This document shows, piece after piece, positions 27,830 to 41,594 of a stretch of 64,000 bases of DNA (position 1 is the first letter of the stretch; the number at the start of each line of letters is the position of its first letter). Position numbers and translations under genes: made by a program. Under the pieces are notes generated by a model, which was given only the letters and a program-made list of their open reading frames with translations, was not told the origin of the DNA and did not search any database. Source of the stretch: Octopus vulgaris (lineage: Eukaryota); NCBI GenBank assembly GCA_951406725.2, contig OX597816.1, positions 39,804,001-39,868,000 on the forward strand. Direction: 5' to 3'.

Positions 27830-28710
27830 GAGTTAGATTCCTTTTCAACGGAAAAAAAAAACTACCTCCAAATTCGAGCACAGCTGTGGGGACGCGATCT
27901 GCTCCAGTTTTCGCGAACTCAGTATTGTGATACTTGGAAGAAAACCTATATCAAAAAATTGAAGAAAACTACGGCATGACCCTTAGAAGGCATATAGAGG
28001 ACACAATTTGGACCAAATCCCTAGAAAATTTGGAATAATTCAGCACCATCCTCAACAATCTACACCCTAGTCTCAAATTCACCAGAGAAATGAGCAATAC
28101 ACAATTACCATTTCTTGACATAACGGTAATTAAAAGCAACACCACAATCACAACTGATATTTATTCCAAAAGCACAGATACACAACAATACCTACATTTC
28201 AAGTCATGCCACCCAACACACACAAAACGCATCATCCCGTACTGTCTAGCCAAGAAAATTTGAACTATAGTAGATAATCCAAATACCCGGAACATACGAC
28301 TTATAGAATTCAAAGGATTTCTGCTCAAGCAAAAATACCCTCCCCTAATTATAGAAAATAGCATACAATGAGCAAAAGAGATACCTATAGAAGAAGTTAG
28401 GGCAACACAAGAAAGACGAACTCATTAACAGAACACAATACCATTTCTAGTAACACACAATCCGCATCACCAAAATATTTTAAACATCATCAAAACAAAT
28501 TTGTCAGTTATCAAAGTGAAAAATAAAAAAAAAACATAATAACTAATCAGACACTTATCTTAATCAAAAGCAACCACATAACTTAAAGAAACTTATTAAG
28601 AATGGCAAAATTCAACATGTGCAAACAGGATAAAACATTCACAGAAATCCAAGTGTAATGATAACAGATGTGGAACGTGTCAATAGATGCATACTGGTAG
28701 ATCCACTAGA
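27830..28710 (+). mobile_element. Penelope-like element, degraded RT/thumb/linker
   Basis: TAVGTRSAPVFAN, LNNLHPSLKFT, LPFLDI, TDIYSKSTDTQQYLHFKSCHP, IPY, KCNDNRCGTC; stops and frameshifts. Confidence 0.85.
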
Positions 28711-28937
28711 ACAAAAAATGGATAGGAGGACCCTTCCACCGAGTGAATACGAGAAAGGATGGAAGGATGTGATGAGAAAGGTGGGTGTTAGTAACCCAGC
28801 TTAATCATTGGTGAAAGGAAAAGAAAGTCGCTGGGCCTTATAGGCAGCCGGGTTCGATCTTTTTGAACTTTTATTCGTTTTCTTTCTTTGTTTTCGTTAA
28901 AAAAAACGTTCTAGTTTAAGGTAAAAATTAATCGTTA

Positions 28938-29341
28938 TACTCTTTTACTTGTTTCAGTCATTTGACTGCGGCCATGCTGGAGCACCGCCTTTAGTCGAGC
29001 AACTCGACCCCAGGACTTATTCTTTGTAAGCCTAGTACTTATTCCATCGGTCTCTTTTGCCGAGCCGCTAAGTTACGGGGACGTAAACACACCAGCATCG
29101 GTTGTCAAGCAATGCTAGGGGGACAAACACAGACACACAAACATATACACACACACTTATATATATATACATATATACGACAGGCTTCTTTCAGTTTCCG
29201 TCTACCAAATCCACTCACAAGGCATTGGTCGGCCCGAGGCTACAGTAGAAGACACTTGCCCAAGGTGCCACGCAGTGGGACTGAACCCGGAACCATGTGG
29301 TTAGTAAGCAAGCTACTTACCACATAGCCACTCCTGCGCCT
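28938..29341 (-). mobile_element. SINE family A
   Basis: Full-length homolog. Confidence 0.9.
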
Positions 29342-29576
29342 ATATAAAATATTTTTAAGTAAATTTTTAACATGATGCTCATTCGAACCCATTTAACATT
29401 TTTGTATTTGTTTGTCTTGTAATGTCCTTTTCTATGTACGATCAGTTTGTTCATAATAAAGGTTTTACTCAAATATCGCAAGTGAATAGTTTAGCAATAT
29501 TGTGACATTTCTATCAATTTGCATTTTTGACATCATAATTGGATTAAACAGCTCTGGATAATACTTTTATTTTAAA

Positions 29577-30135
29577 CTAGCAGTATCGCCGGCGTTGCTC
29601 GGGTTTGTAAGGGAAATAACTATATAAGCATTTTTAGTGAGTTATAGCAAAAAAATGCATTAAAATGGAAAAAATGATGGTAAATTTTTTTTTAAATCGT
29701 AGACTCATCGTAGACGCTTTCTTAGCCATTTCTGTTTTGGTGTCTTCAAGCCATGAAGTCGTTGTTCTAAAAGAACGCTGGTCTCTTTGACAACGCTTTA
29801 CGACGTTGATTTCCTTACACTCCCTTCCCCACAGCTTCACGAGGGAGGGAAGAAGGGGGAGAAGCAAACAGGTGCAGGTGTGACCATGGACGCCAACTCC
29901 GCCACCATCGACACACGAAAAATTATGCATTAAAATGGAATAAAAAATGATGTTAAATTATTTTAAAAATCGTAGACTCATCGTAGACGCGCGCTAATAC
30001 CCAGACGGGCTCGATATGAATCACGACTATAAGATACCCGAATTTGGTTAAACTGCACCGCAAAATGTGGGAGTAGTTAGGAATCTAAATCGAAGGGGAC
30101 AGACACTCACACAACTACAGTTTTATATATATAGA
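29577..30135 (-). mobile_element. Non-autonomous Helitron (family H1) with ~210-bp internal extra segment
   Basis: H1 termini; the block atgcattaaaatggaa...aaatcgtagactcatcgtagacgc occurs on both sides of the extra segment. Confidence 0.85.
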
Positions 30136-30361
30136 TATACATACATACCTAGTTGGCATAGGGTACGTTTAAAAACTAAAGTTATTTTAATTCGAACTCA
30201 CACATAAACACGTACGTACACACACCAGAATCGCTGCCATGCTGACACAAACACAAATTCATTTATACGCACACATCAACACACCAACTGGAACAGAGTT
30301 ACACAAACACATAGCAAGGCTTTAATTTTAAATAAAATACAACAAGCATAGATATGTGTGC

Positions 30362-30422
<61 letters not shown>

Positions 30423-30564
30423 GTAGACAAACAGACATAGAAAAAAAAGGAAAGAAGGGAGTGAATATGAGTACGTATGTATATGTCTATGCTTGTGTGT
30501 ATGCTTAGGTACATTTGAGTGTGTGTAAAGAGATTTCTGGTGATGTTCGGGTATTATACCAAGG

Positions 30565-30653
<89 letters not shown>

Positions 30654-30809
30654 TTGTATACTGTCAACTTAACGTGATAGTCCCGTAAGGGAATTACACC
30701 ACCGCTATTTAGCCCTAGGAAGCATCGACGCTTCCTGTCGGCCTTGACACATTTCCTGTGTCCTTATATATTTATGAAGGGGAGACAAACACCCCCAACA
30801 GCTAGGCCT

Positions 30810-30861
30810 GCATCTAGATACATGCATGTTTCAGGGTCTTGCCCATCATCAGTCTAGATGC
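30810..30861 (-). ncRNA. Type I hammerhead ribozyme
   Basis: Minus strand: GCATCTAGA-CTGATGA-tGGG(caaga)CCCt-GAAA-CATGCATG-TA-TCTAGATGC. 9-bp stem I, palindromic stem III, T-T mismatch at the base of stem II. Confidence 0.82.
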
Positions 30862-30968
30862 TTCCTAGGGCTAAATAGCGGTGGTGTAATTCCCTTACAC
30901 GTTAAGTTGAAAGTATACAACCACTCTATCGCTTCACCACCGCACATATCTCTATGAGATATTTAGAA

Positions 30969-31055
<87 letters not shown>

Positions 31056-31152
31056 TAATAAAATATTAGGGAATAATACAACAGTAGTGCCGCCTCCGTC
31101 CAAGGGGGTGTCGGAGTTGTCCCTGGCGTGGAGCAGCAGACGATATGTAAAC

Positions 31153-31216
31153 CACCTGAAGAATGACTGTAACTCGAAAATTTTAAGAATTGAACAGCCA
31201 TGAAACGATCGTAGTG
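31153..31216 (+). ncRNA. Type I hammerhead ribozyme
   Basis: CAC-CTGAAGA-ATGaCTGT...ACAGcCAT-GAAA-C(GATC)G-TA-GTG. The downstream tail is homologous to that of the 44222 cassette. Confidence 0.8.
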
Positions 31217-31341
31217 TTATATTAATTATCTTTTTTAATAATTTTGATATATATTTAAATAATATAAATTAATTAATCTTATGTATTGGCTTAAGTTTTT
31301 CATTGTATGATTTGCCTAATAGTGGTTTTATCTCTAATTTA

Positions 31342-31408
<67 letters not shown>

Positions 31409-32436
31409 CCAAGGTATAATATATAGAGAGGAAGGGAGATTTCAAGTTGTTTCTCCGTTCTTTCTAGTTCTTTGTGCTGCCACTGTTCTTGTCTAATGAA
31501 TTTTATTTACATATAATAGAAAACATACATCCATGCATTCACATATACCATCATATTTGCATACAAACATGTGCACACATACATGCATACATAAACATAT
31601 TCATAGATAAGAAGAGATCGTATTTGCTTATCATCATCATTAATATTTTTCATTCTTCTTGTATTTCGTTTTTGGATTTGGTTTGCAAGATTCTTTATAT
31701 GAGTTCGTGTGTTGCAGCATATTCTGTTGTGTCTGGGGAGAGTCATTTTCTTTTTGTGCCTTATAATGTAACACACTCACCGGTAAAGTTTCCACTTATT
31801 TCTTATTTTTATTTTCCTAAAATTTTCATTGCGTCTTTTCAATAGTCTTGACTTTCAACCTTTTCAAGACTATTGAAAAGGTTGCAAGACGCAATGAAAA
31901 TTTTAGGAAAATAAAAATAAGAAATAAGTGGAAATTTTACCGGTGAGTGTGTTACATTATAAGGCACAAAAAGAAAATGACTCTCCCCAGACACAACAGA
32001 ATATTCTTCTTGTAGTTTTTCTTATTATTATTAGGTATATATAGTTGTACAATATTATTGTACTCGACCGTTTTCATTTGGTGCTCTAGAGAATGGTGTT
32101 TTATTATGGTCGCAGCTCAATGTTTGTAACATGTCTAAGAAAGAAGAAAAGAAAAAGGCAATAAATTTAATGGTCGTAAGAACAGTCATTTCTTAGATTG
32201 TACCGAGGCGCGGGACCTAAGAGACACAATAAACTGGAATTTGTGATCTTCAAGCCTTTCCAAAGAGCATCTTTTTAAAAGTGTCTTCAAATGAAAACAG
32301 CTGGCTAATGAAAATCATACTCGGGTTTGCACTTTTTAATACAAATTTACTTGAACTTGCTGTAAACGACAATGGTAAATTATATAATTAATTTGTTCTG
32401 TAATTATTGTTGACGTGATTGATAGCACATCAAAGT

Positions 32437-33503
32437 AGCGAGCTGGCAGAAACGTTAGCACGCCGGGCGAAATGCCTAGCGGTATTTCGTCTGCCGTTAC
32501 GTTGTGAGTTCAAATTCCGCCGAGGTCGACTTTGCCTTTCATCCTTTCGGAGTCGATTAAATAAGTACCAGTTACGCACTGGGGTCGGTATAATCGACTT
32601 AATCCGTTTGTCTGTCCTTGTTTGTCCTTTCTGTGTTTAGCCCCTTGTGGGTAATAAAGAAATAGGTATTTCGTCTGCCGCTGCGTTCTGAGTTCAAATT
32701 GCCTTTTATCCTTTCGGAGTCGATTAAATAAGTACCAGTTACGAACTGGGGTCGATCTAATCGACTTAATCCGTTTGTCTGTCCTTGTTTGTCCCCTCTA
32801 TGTTTAGCCCCTTGTGAGCAATAAAGAAATAAGAATCGTTAGCTTGCCGAACAGAATGTTTATCGGCATTTCTTCCGGATCTAAGCGTTTTGAACTCAAA
32901 TGCCACTGAGGTCAACTATGCTTTTCATTCTTCGAAGTCAATGAAATAAAATACCAGTGAAATACTGGGGCTGATGTGGCCAACTTGCCTCCTCACCGGA
33001 ACTGCTGGTCTTGTGTAAAAATAAATTAGAAAGAAGTATTGATATTATGCATTAAATTAGTAACTTAGATTATTTTATCCCACGATAGAACCTCGACGTG
33101 GTCACCCGGATGCTAAAAATCACGATCAGATCTCCTTTCAATCATACCCTCCTATTTTAAACTATAACAATTAAACAATCTAATACGGCTAAACATTCAC
33201 ATCCTTTCGGGGTCGATAAATTAAGTTACGCACTGGGGTCGATGTAATCGACTTAATCCGTTTGTCTGTCCTTGTTTCTCCCCTCTGTGTTTAGCCCCTT
33301 GTGGGTAGTAAAGTAATAGGTATTTCATCTCTCGTTACGTTCTGAGTTCAAATTCCGCTGAGGTCGACTTTGCTTTTTATCCTTTCGGGGTCGATAAAAT
33401 AAGGACCAGTTACGCACTGGAGTCGATGTAATCGACTTAATCCCTTTGTCTGTCCTTGTTTGTCCCCTCTATGTTTAGTTCCTTATGGGCAATAAAGAAA
33501 TAA
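32437..33503 (+). mobile_element. Two SINE family C multimers (about 32437-33000 and 33199-33503)
   Basis: Same unit and junctions as 12380-13160. Confidence 0.85.
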
Positions 33504-33607
33504 ATATGAGCAGCAAAACCCGCCTCGACTTAACTTAATCTAGAATGGATTGTCCACCTTGTGATAGCACACCGCCAGATGTACACCACATGTTTAACTA
33601 ATATGGA

Positions 33608-33982
33608 TGGAAGCACTCCGTCAGTTACGACGACGAGGGTTCCGGTTGATCCGAATCAACGGAACAGCCTGCTCGTGAAATTAACGTGTAAGTGGCTGAG
33701 CACTCCACAGACACGTGTACCCTTAACGTAGTTCTCGGGGATATTCAGCGCGACACAGAGAGTGACAAGGCCGGCCCTTTGAAATAGAAGTACAACAGAA
33801 ACAGGAAGTAAGAGTGAGAGAAAGTTGTGGTGAAAGAGTACGGCAGGGATCACCACCATCCCCTGCCGGAGCCTCGTGGAGCTTTAGGTGTTTTCGCTCA
33901 ATAAACACTCGGTCTGGGAATCGAAACCGCGATCCTATGACCGCGAGTCCGCTGCCCTAACCACTGGGCCATTGCGCCTCCA
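33608..33982 (-). mobile_element. SINE family B
   Basis: TSD gtttaactaata. Confidence 0.9.
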
Positions 33983-34670
33983 ACGTTTAACTAATAAGAA
34001 CAGTAACGACATAAAAGATTGGAAATCTTGGATGTTTAAAACAGAAATCTGAATTATGGGTAATTTGCCCTACGCCAATAAAAAGTTATAGTTGAGATAT
34101 GTTTATTCGTATATTCAGCCAAATCAAGAACTACAACTCTAACGAGAAAATTGGCAAATGTGGTCTTTAAAAAACGGAAATGAGAAAGAAGTGAATAGAT
34201 TTCAAGATGGAGGCAGGAAGTATTTCGTCACAGTGAATAACAGCTATCGTTCAATCACATTGAAACATTCAAAACAGATCAGAAAATTACATTTTTGGAA
34301 GATATATTCAATTTAGAAATATGAGAGGGATGACCACTATGTGGACAACCCTTATGCTAGAAGTAGATCCACTATGGCCTTACCACTAAGAAATGTTCTC
34401 AAGAAAAGCAATAAATTTTTATTGCTTTTCTTTTTTCTTTTGTCTTGCCCGATTACGTTTTGGTTGTTTGCTAAATTTTTCTTGAGAACATTTCTTAGTG
34501 GTAAGACCATAGCGGATCTACCTCTAGCATAAGGGTTGTCCGCATAGTGGTCATCCCTCTCTTATGTAGATAATACAATTTTACTGAACCTTCAGATTTT
34601 TATATGCTAGACCACTGGTGGGAAATTGATGTTAATTAAATTAATATCAAATTTCTCATCCTCATTTTAA

Positions 34671-34721
<51 letters not shown>

Positions 34722-35106
34722 TATATTAAATTAGAGATAAAACCACTATTAGGCAAATCAAACAATGAAAAACATAAGCCAATACATAAAATTAATTAAT
34801 TTATAATATTTTAGATATATATCAAGAGTATTAAAAGCTTAATATATATATATATAAATATATAATTGAGTAGTTGAATGAATTATCTTATTATGGATAA
34901 TTCGGTTAACCGATACCTGGGTAGCAAATTCACGTCAGAAAAACACGGTTGAAGCTACATGCCTAGGGCAGAGATCACGTGCTATCGTGTGGAAATTTGT
35001 GTGTGTTTTTGAATACAAATAAATGAAAGAATGGAGTTGAACGACGAATTAACAAAATTCCTTTATAAAGCAATTTTGTTAATTCGTCGTTCAACTCCAT
35101 TCTTTC

Positions 35107-35166
<60 letters not shown>

Positions 35167-35475
35167 CTGAGTTATCTATTCATACACGACAGAAGCCCAA
35201 ACGCAAACCTGGAAGTACGTATAACACTACTACTGGATAGCATAGGGTGAAATATGAAAGTGAACGAGTTTTATGCTGCACTCTACTACATTCTTAACAG
35301 AATATACCATAGCTACACACACGGGTTTCTATATACGGACATAATTCATTCCAGAGGCTGTTCGTTAACCAAATGTTTCGTGATTGAAATATATATAATT
35401 TCGAATAATCTCTCTCTCTCTCTGTCTCTTTGTCTCTCTCACCCTCTCCCTCTCTTTCTTTCTCTCTCTCTCTCG

Positions 35476-35513
<38 letters not shown>

Positions 35514-35516
<3 letters not shown>

Positions 35517-35898
35517 TCTTTTACTATTTTACTTGTTTCAGTCATTTGACTGCGGCCATGCTGGAGCACCACCTTTAGTCGAGCAAGTCGACCCCGGGAC
35601 TTATTCTTTGTAAGCCCAGTACTTAGTCTATCGGTCTCTTTTGCCGAACCGCTAAGTTACGGGGAGGTAAACACACCAGCATCTGTTGTCAAGCAATGTT
35701 GGGGGGACAAACACACATATATATATACATATATACGACAGGCTTCTTTCAGTTTCCGTCTACCAAATCCACTCACAAGGCATTGGTCAGCCTGAGGCTA
35801 TAGCAGAAGACACTTGCCCAAGATGCCACGCAGTGGGACTGAACCCAGAACCATGTGGTTGGTTAGCAAGCTACTTACCACACAGCCACTCCTGCGCC
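35514..35898 (-). mobile_element. SINE family A
   Basis: Full-length homolog. Confidence 0.9.
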
Positions 35899-36558
35899 AT
35901 ATATATATATGTAGTGAAAAATAGTGTGTGTGTATGTGTGTGCGTGCGTGTGTGCGTGTGATATCTATTCCTAATGAATTGTATATTTTAGGAGAAAAGA
36001 AATTACGTAATTGAAAAGGTTCCTTTCAATCTTGAATGACAAGAGCAAAGCAGTACAACACTCGCCAGTTTAATACATGAAAAAGATGTTAGTCCTAGAT
36101 TAATCATATAGTAATAGCTGTATATGTTTTAGGGGTTAATTTTATAGTTTGAATTGAACAATACAACCACCGCTGCAGTTCAATCATTTAACATCCGTCT
36201 CTAGTATTTTGTATAAGACAACAATTGTTTGAAATTCATTTGAAATAACTATTTTTTTTCCATCCTACACACGATTGTTGAATCATTCTCTTAAAACTAT
36301 TTACATATCTAGTTTCTAGTTGTTTATACCGAAGTATTTCCCTTTCTACTTGAAAAAGAATATCACATTTCCTGCAATGGTAAAATTACGCTGTTGTTGA
36401 AAGCTATGCAATTTCAAACATTTATTCAAGCATGTAAATATGGTAAAGTGCTGTAATTTGTCAATTATATCATGACAATGTGAATTCAAATGTTCACGGA
36501 AAATTTCAATTACGTTTTAAAACCTCTTCGTCATAGCAACCACAATTCCGTGTGTGTA

Positions 36559-36589
<31 letters not shown>

Positions 36590-37029
36590 TGTGTGTGTTG
36601 TGTGTATGTGTGTGTGCACGCATGTGCGTGTGTGCGGGTGTGTGGGTGTGCGTCTGTGTGTTTGTGTCCTTGGATATGACTGCAAAATGCATCCGGCAGT
36701 GGTGTCCCTGATTCCGGTGTTCCAGGCTTTTGAGGAGTCGGAACTACCTCTTAGCCACTGCTGTTTCCATGTCTACTCTGACCTGGAATAATAGCACCTG
36801 TCAGGATCCCAACTATGCGTTAATTAGAACATTAGGTCTTTGCTACCTGTGCATATTAAGACTGTATCCGGTAGGCTCTGCAGAAGAAGCCTTTATGTTT
36901 AAAACGTAGGGGAAGGTGGCTGCAGGAACGAACTGAGGACTGCAGAGAGCAGGATTAGGCAAGTATAACATCTTGGTCATCTACTGTATCTGTGTCCATC
37001 CAATGTGACATAAGATTTTAATGTCACTA

Positions 37030-37745
37030 AAAGCACAGCATCCCCTTTACAACGAAACTCTGGCTGCCAGCGAGTTTAAGGACCGCATCACCTATATGCT
37101 GGGACCTAACACCCACAAAAGAAAGCGCCGCCATAAAGGTCTTTTGTTTGTCCCACTCTTCTCACTTAGCGTCAAAACCTGCGTGGGAACGGTCTTCTTT
37201 AGATGAGAGATATGCATTTCACACAGTACCGTAGGTATAAGAGGATTATTCAATAGACCTAACTTAAGGGTCTCGTTCAACTCTATGCCTAGTGCAAGAT
37301 ATTAGTGAATGCTCCATATCCCCCGCACAGAGGCAGTATGCTCGTGTAAGATTAACCGTGAGTGTCAATCCAACACTGATGCCGTAGTCTATGAAGCAGA
37401 AGTGGTGTCCAGCAGTAGCAGCAACGAAAACATACATACGAACATATGTTGGAACAACAACAGAAGACACCTTTAAGGCCTGGCTAAATAACCACAAGTC
37501 TTCTTTTAGGATCCCAGAGAGGCACAACGTTACAACATTATCCAGCTATATATGGAAACGTCATATAAAATTAACTGGAAACTGTTGGAAGAACCTGGGT
37601 CATATTTCAACGGAAACATATGGTGCAAAATTATGCTTTGTAGAGAGGACAATGATCCTAAAAAAATTTGTAAGATCTTGAATTCAAAAAGCAAAATTTT
37701 GTACCGAAGCCCCCGTGACTGAAAATTCGTTTTGGAAACATGGTC
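37030..37745 (+). mobile_element. Penelope-like element, degraded linker and GIY-YIG
   Basis: KRKRRHKGLLFVPLFSLSVKTCVG, TYVGTTTEDTFKAWLNNHKSSFR..TTLSSYIW, KLCFVE. Confidence 0.8.
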
Positions 37746-37878
37746 ATCCCCGTTTGCGGACTACACAACGGAAAACATATACAGATTGACCCATTTCAAC
37801 CACATCTGGAATCGTTCAAGAGGAAATAACTCTTCTTCTCTTAGAAAGGGTTCTTTTCGTTTCACCAAGACTAGTATA

Positions 37879-38357
37879 CCGTAAATCCTCGAGTATAATC
37901 CGCATTTTCCCCCAAAATTTAAAGGTCAAAATACCTAGTGCGTACTATATACGAGGTTAAAAATGAAAAATATTTTCTAAGCAATGTCCGAGTCTCTATT
38001 TGTTGTCCGGCAATGTTTATTCAAACGCATTTTATGATGTCGGGCGCGAAAATACCTTAAGCTGACCCTGAAAGCAATGAGGTCATAAAAGAATCATCAA
38101 TAACTTGCAGCAAGCAGCATTTATTAAAATAAAAGTATTCAGAACACAGAATAACATGTAACAAAAACAATTTGCAAGCATTTACATTCCCATTATTGTA
38201 TTACGCATGCGCGGAAGTGTTTGTTCGACTTGGTGGTACTAGCTTAATTATGCACGACTCAAGTTAGAGAAGTGGTGCATATTATGCACAAGGTTTAGGT
38301 TTTTCAGAGGTACAGCCCCCTAAAAATCCCCTGCGTATAATACTCGAGGATTTACGG
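37879..38357. mobile_element. Tc1/mariner (pogo/Tigger-like) MITE
   Basis: TIRs ccgtaaatcctcgagtat / atactcgaggatttacgg flanked by TA on both sides. Confidence 0.85.
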
Positions 38358-38649
38358 TATTTACCTTTATTAGTAAAAAGGCTATATACGTTAGTCCAGC
38401 AGTTCTGATGAGTCGCCTATATTGCCAAGTGCAATAGTAGACGTGAAATCAGTGGTGACTCTTTTACCTGGACTTATGATCGTACATTAACATCTGCTGG
38501 GCAGCTGACTTCTTCAACAGTAGATGACTTGTTCCTTGTCCTAACGAACAATATCAGGTTTGAAATGTTTGCTCAGAATTGCTGTTTTTATTGGAATGCT
38601 CTACAAGTATTCCTTGTTTTTAAAGGTATGAACGCATGCTGATTCTGAC

Positions 38650-39700
38650 ATGCATTTGATCTATACGTCAGGGCAATCCTTCATGGGGATAGCCTTGTAA
38701 GTAGATTTCGTCGCTATATCATGCCTCAGGGGTAGATAGTATCTCGTAGACATACATTTTGGGGCAGCTGATAATGATGTGGATGATATCTTCCACACTA
38801 GTATAACATTGGCCGACATTTTCTATCACAACATGGACGTATGGTGGTATCTTTCTCTCTCTTGTTTATCAGGTATTTAGTAGATATCACAGGTCCAGGA
38901 GAGACTACTCTTCCTGTTATTATCCTCTAGCTTACGACATATGTACCAATGCATTGCTTTTTGCTGGTATGCATGTAAACGTACGTAATAGACATTCAAA
39001 CCTGCCGAATTTACCTGTTTCTTCGTAGGTCCGTGTGGGTAGTGGTGAGGGGATATCCACGAATGATGAAGTGACGAGCCATTAGTTGAGACTGAGTTTC
39101 AAAGTCAAGGTTGTCACTGCAGAGCCTGCGCATACGGAGGAATTGGGAGTAGGGGATGGAGAACTTGGTGTAGGTATGGTGGGAGGCGGAGAAGTTAAGG
39201 TATGAGTGTAAGTCTGTGTGTTTGTGGTGGATGGAGATAGTGAGAGTGGAGTTGTGTATGTTGACTGAAATGTCGAGAAAGACGGAAGTGTTGGAGATGG
39301 TGCAGGAGAATTCGAGAGCAGGATGGAAAGATTGGACAAAAGAGAGGAAGGAATCTAGTTGTTTGCAGGAGAGCAGGGTCGCGGCGATATAATCATCAAT
39401 ATAAAGACCGTATAGTTAGGGAGTGAGACCAGTGAATCTTGAAAATATTTGGGCCTCAACGTAGCCAACGAACAGGTTCGCATAGTTGGGGCCCATTTTC
39501 GTTCCCATGGCCATTCCCGAGAAATGCTGCTAAAACTCCCCCGCGAACAAGCAGTTGAGGGAGAGAACAAGTTTGGCCAGACGAAGAAGTGTGGACGTGT
39601 CATGTTGGGGGTCGGGTCGAAGGTCTAGGAAGTGTTTGAGGGCAAGAAGTTTTCATGGTGTGGTATAACCGTATATAGACACTTGATATCTAAATGTAGA
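38650..39700 (-). mobile_element. Penelope-like element, degraded RT and endonuclease start
   Basis: LDIKCLYTVIPH, GMAMGTKMGPNYANLFVG, YIDD, FHPALEF, FLDI, SYLNFSASH, SIPYSQFLRMRRLCS, RGYP. Confidence 0.88.
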
Positions 39701-40255
39701 GAAATTTAGAGGGGCATATTAAGATAACTTAGTGTTCGGGAAATCTGTTTCGATAATGTAAGTTCCAAATATGTACTGCTGTTGATATGTACGAATACGA
39801 CGTTTGAAGATAGTGCTCCAGCAGAGCCGAAGCAATTATAACGCAAGACTTTTTTTCTTTAAATCATGGAAATTCACTTCAGTTGAAATTAAATCCAGTT
39901 CTTGAAAATATTTGAAACATCAAATACTGTAACTTAATTATATAAAATCCCATTTTACCTAATTATTTTTAATTAACTTCCCAATGGGACGCTACAATGC
40001 TGTATTACTTAAAAGCAAAATATTCTTGGGCAATTTTTCAAAACTTACTTTGTGTGTTATTTTTTAGTATTGTTTCTAAAATTTTCTGTTGCTTAACCCT
40101 CATGTTCACACTGGTCAAACAAATGTATTCCAGACATGGCCATCCCGTCTGAAACTAACTTATCTAATCCGAAATTTCAGTGTTAGGCTATCAAATAAAT
40201 TCGTTGGTTTTTTTTTTCTTACCAGTTATTTTAGTCCCTTCCAATATTGGATGGA

Positions 40256-40641
40256 TGGAAGCACTCCGTCGGTTACGACGACGAGGGTTCCGGTTGATGC
40301 GAATCAACGGAACAGCCTGCTCGTGAAATTAACGTGTAAGTGGCTGAGCACTCCACAGACACATGCACCCTTAACGTAGTTCTCGGGGATATTCAGCGTG
40401 ACACAGAGAGTGACAAGGCCGGCCCCTTGAAATACAGGTACAACAGAAACAGGAAGAAAGAGTGAGAGAAAGTTGTGGTGAAAGAGTACAGCAGGGATCA
40501 CCACCATCCCCTGCCGGAGCCTCGTGGAGCTTTTAGGTGTTTTCGCTCAATAAACACTCACAACGCCCGGTCTGGGAATCGAAACTGCGATCCTATGACC
40601 GCGAGTCCGCTGCCCTAACCACTGGGCCATTGCGCCTCCAC
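40256..40641 (-). mobile_element. SINE family B
   Basis: TSD ccttccaatatt. Confidence 0.9.
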
Positions 40642-41570
40642 CTTCCAATATTATTTGAATGAACACGAAAAATATTTCTATCGCAGTGTTTTTATGGTAT
40701 TTTACGACTCTATTCTTCGTCTACAATTTTTGTTTATCGTTTTAGAAATCTGAATAAATTTTGCCTTTTTTTTAGGCTTATGATGATCGAATGCCTAGCT
40801 AAAGATAAAAAAAACCCAACGAAATCATCCAATAAAAAGGACTTGATTTTAGAGAGATTTGATAGCTATTTCTACCCTGTCGTGCATCCAGGTCGTAGGC
40901 TCCTCTTGTTTTAAATCTGTTCTATAAATATATGGTTGTTATTGCTTTGTTGTTTAACTCCAGGCCTGTCCTAATTGAGTAGTTCTATGATCGAAGGCAT
41001 TTCAACCATCTTTTTACAAATATATAGGGCTATATTAGCCAATGTATCCCTTACTTTCTAAAGACAGTAGAGCGTGATTTTAGGAAAAGTTGGCTGCCAT
41101 TTACAAGAAAATCGGAGACAATACAGTCTTCTTCGTTAGCTCATCTAAGCATGGTTGTCTCAAATGTTTATTTCTTATCAACCAAAATTACAATTGGGAT
41201 GTTTGCTATATTCTCTGACAATTCTGGAATTTTGTTCAAAATCTGAAGCAACTACAGCCACAGTGTAGAAGAGTCATTGAATAAAGCTGCTCAGTTAACT
41301 TCAAATTTGAATTTATCTCACGAGGTGTCAAAATTTTCATCGCACAACTACATGGTCACTAATAATTGTATTTTTTTATTAGGTCATCTTTATAAAAAAA
41401 AAACATCAATGCAGATCCGGCTGTTGATTGATATATTTCTTATGGTCATACTGGTAAGATATTAATAATATATTGGCGTATTCAATCTGACATTTTGTCG
41501 CACATGTGAAACAATAGCTTAACATTTATATTTAGAAAAAGGAAACACGCATAGAATTTTAATTTAATGA

Positions 41571-41594
41571 TTCTCTTTCCCTTCTATATTTCAG
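41571..41594 (+). promoter_or_regulatory. Polypyrimidine tract and 3' splice acceptor for the GPCR coding exon
   Basis: ttctctttcccttctatatttcag|g ending about 155 nt upstream of the ATG; implies an upstream non-coding exon. Confidence 0.6.

Noticed and set aside
38396-38472. CTGATGAG..hairpin..GAAA downstream of the 37030 Penelope fragment
   Set aside because: Position fits a pLTR hammerhead, but stems I and III and the cleavage triplet do not pair convincingly; not counted.
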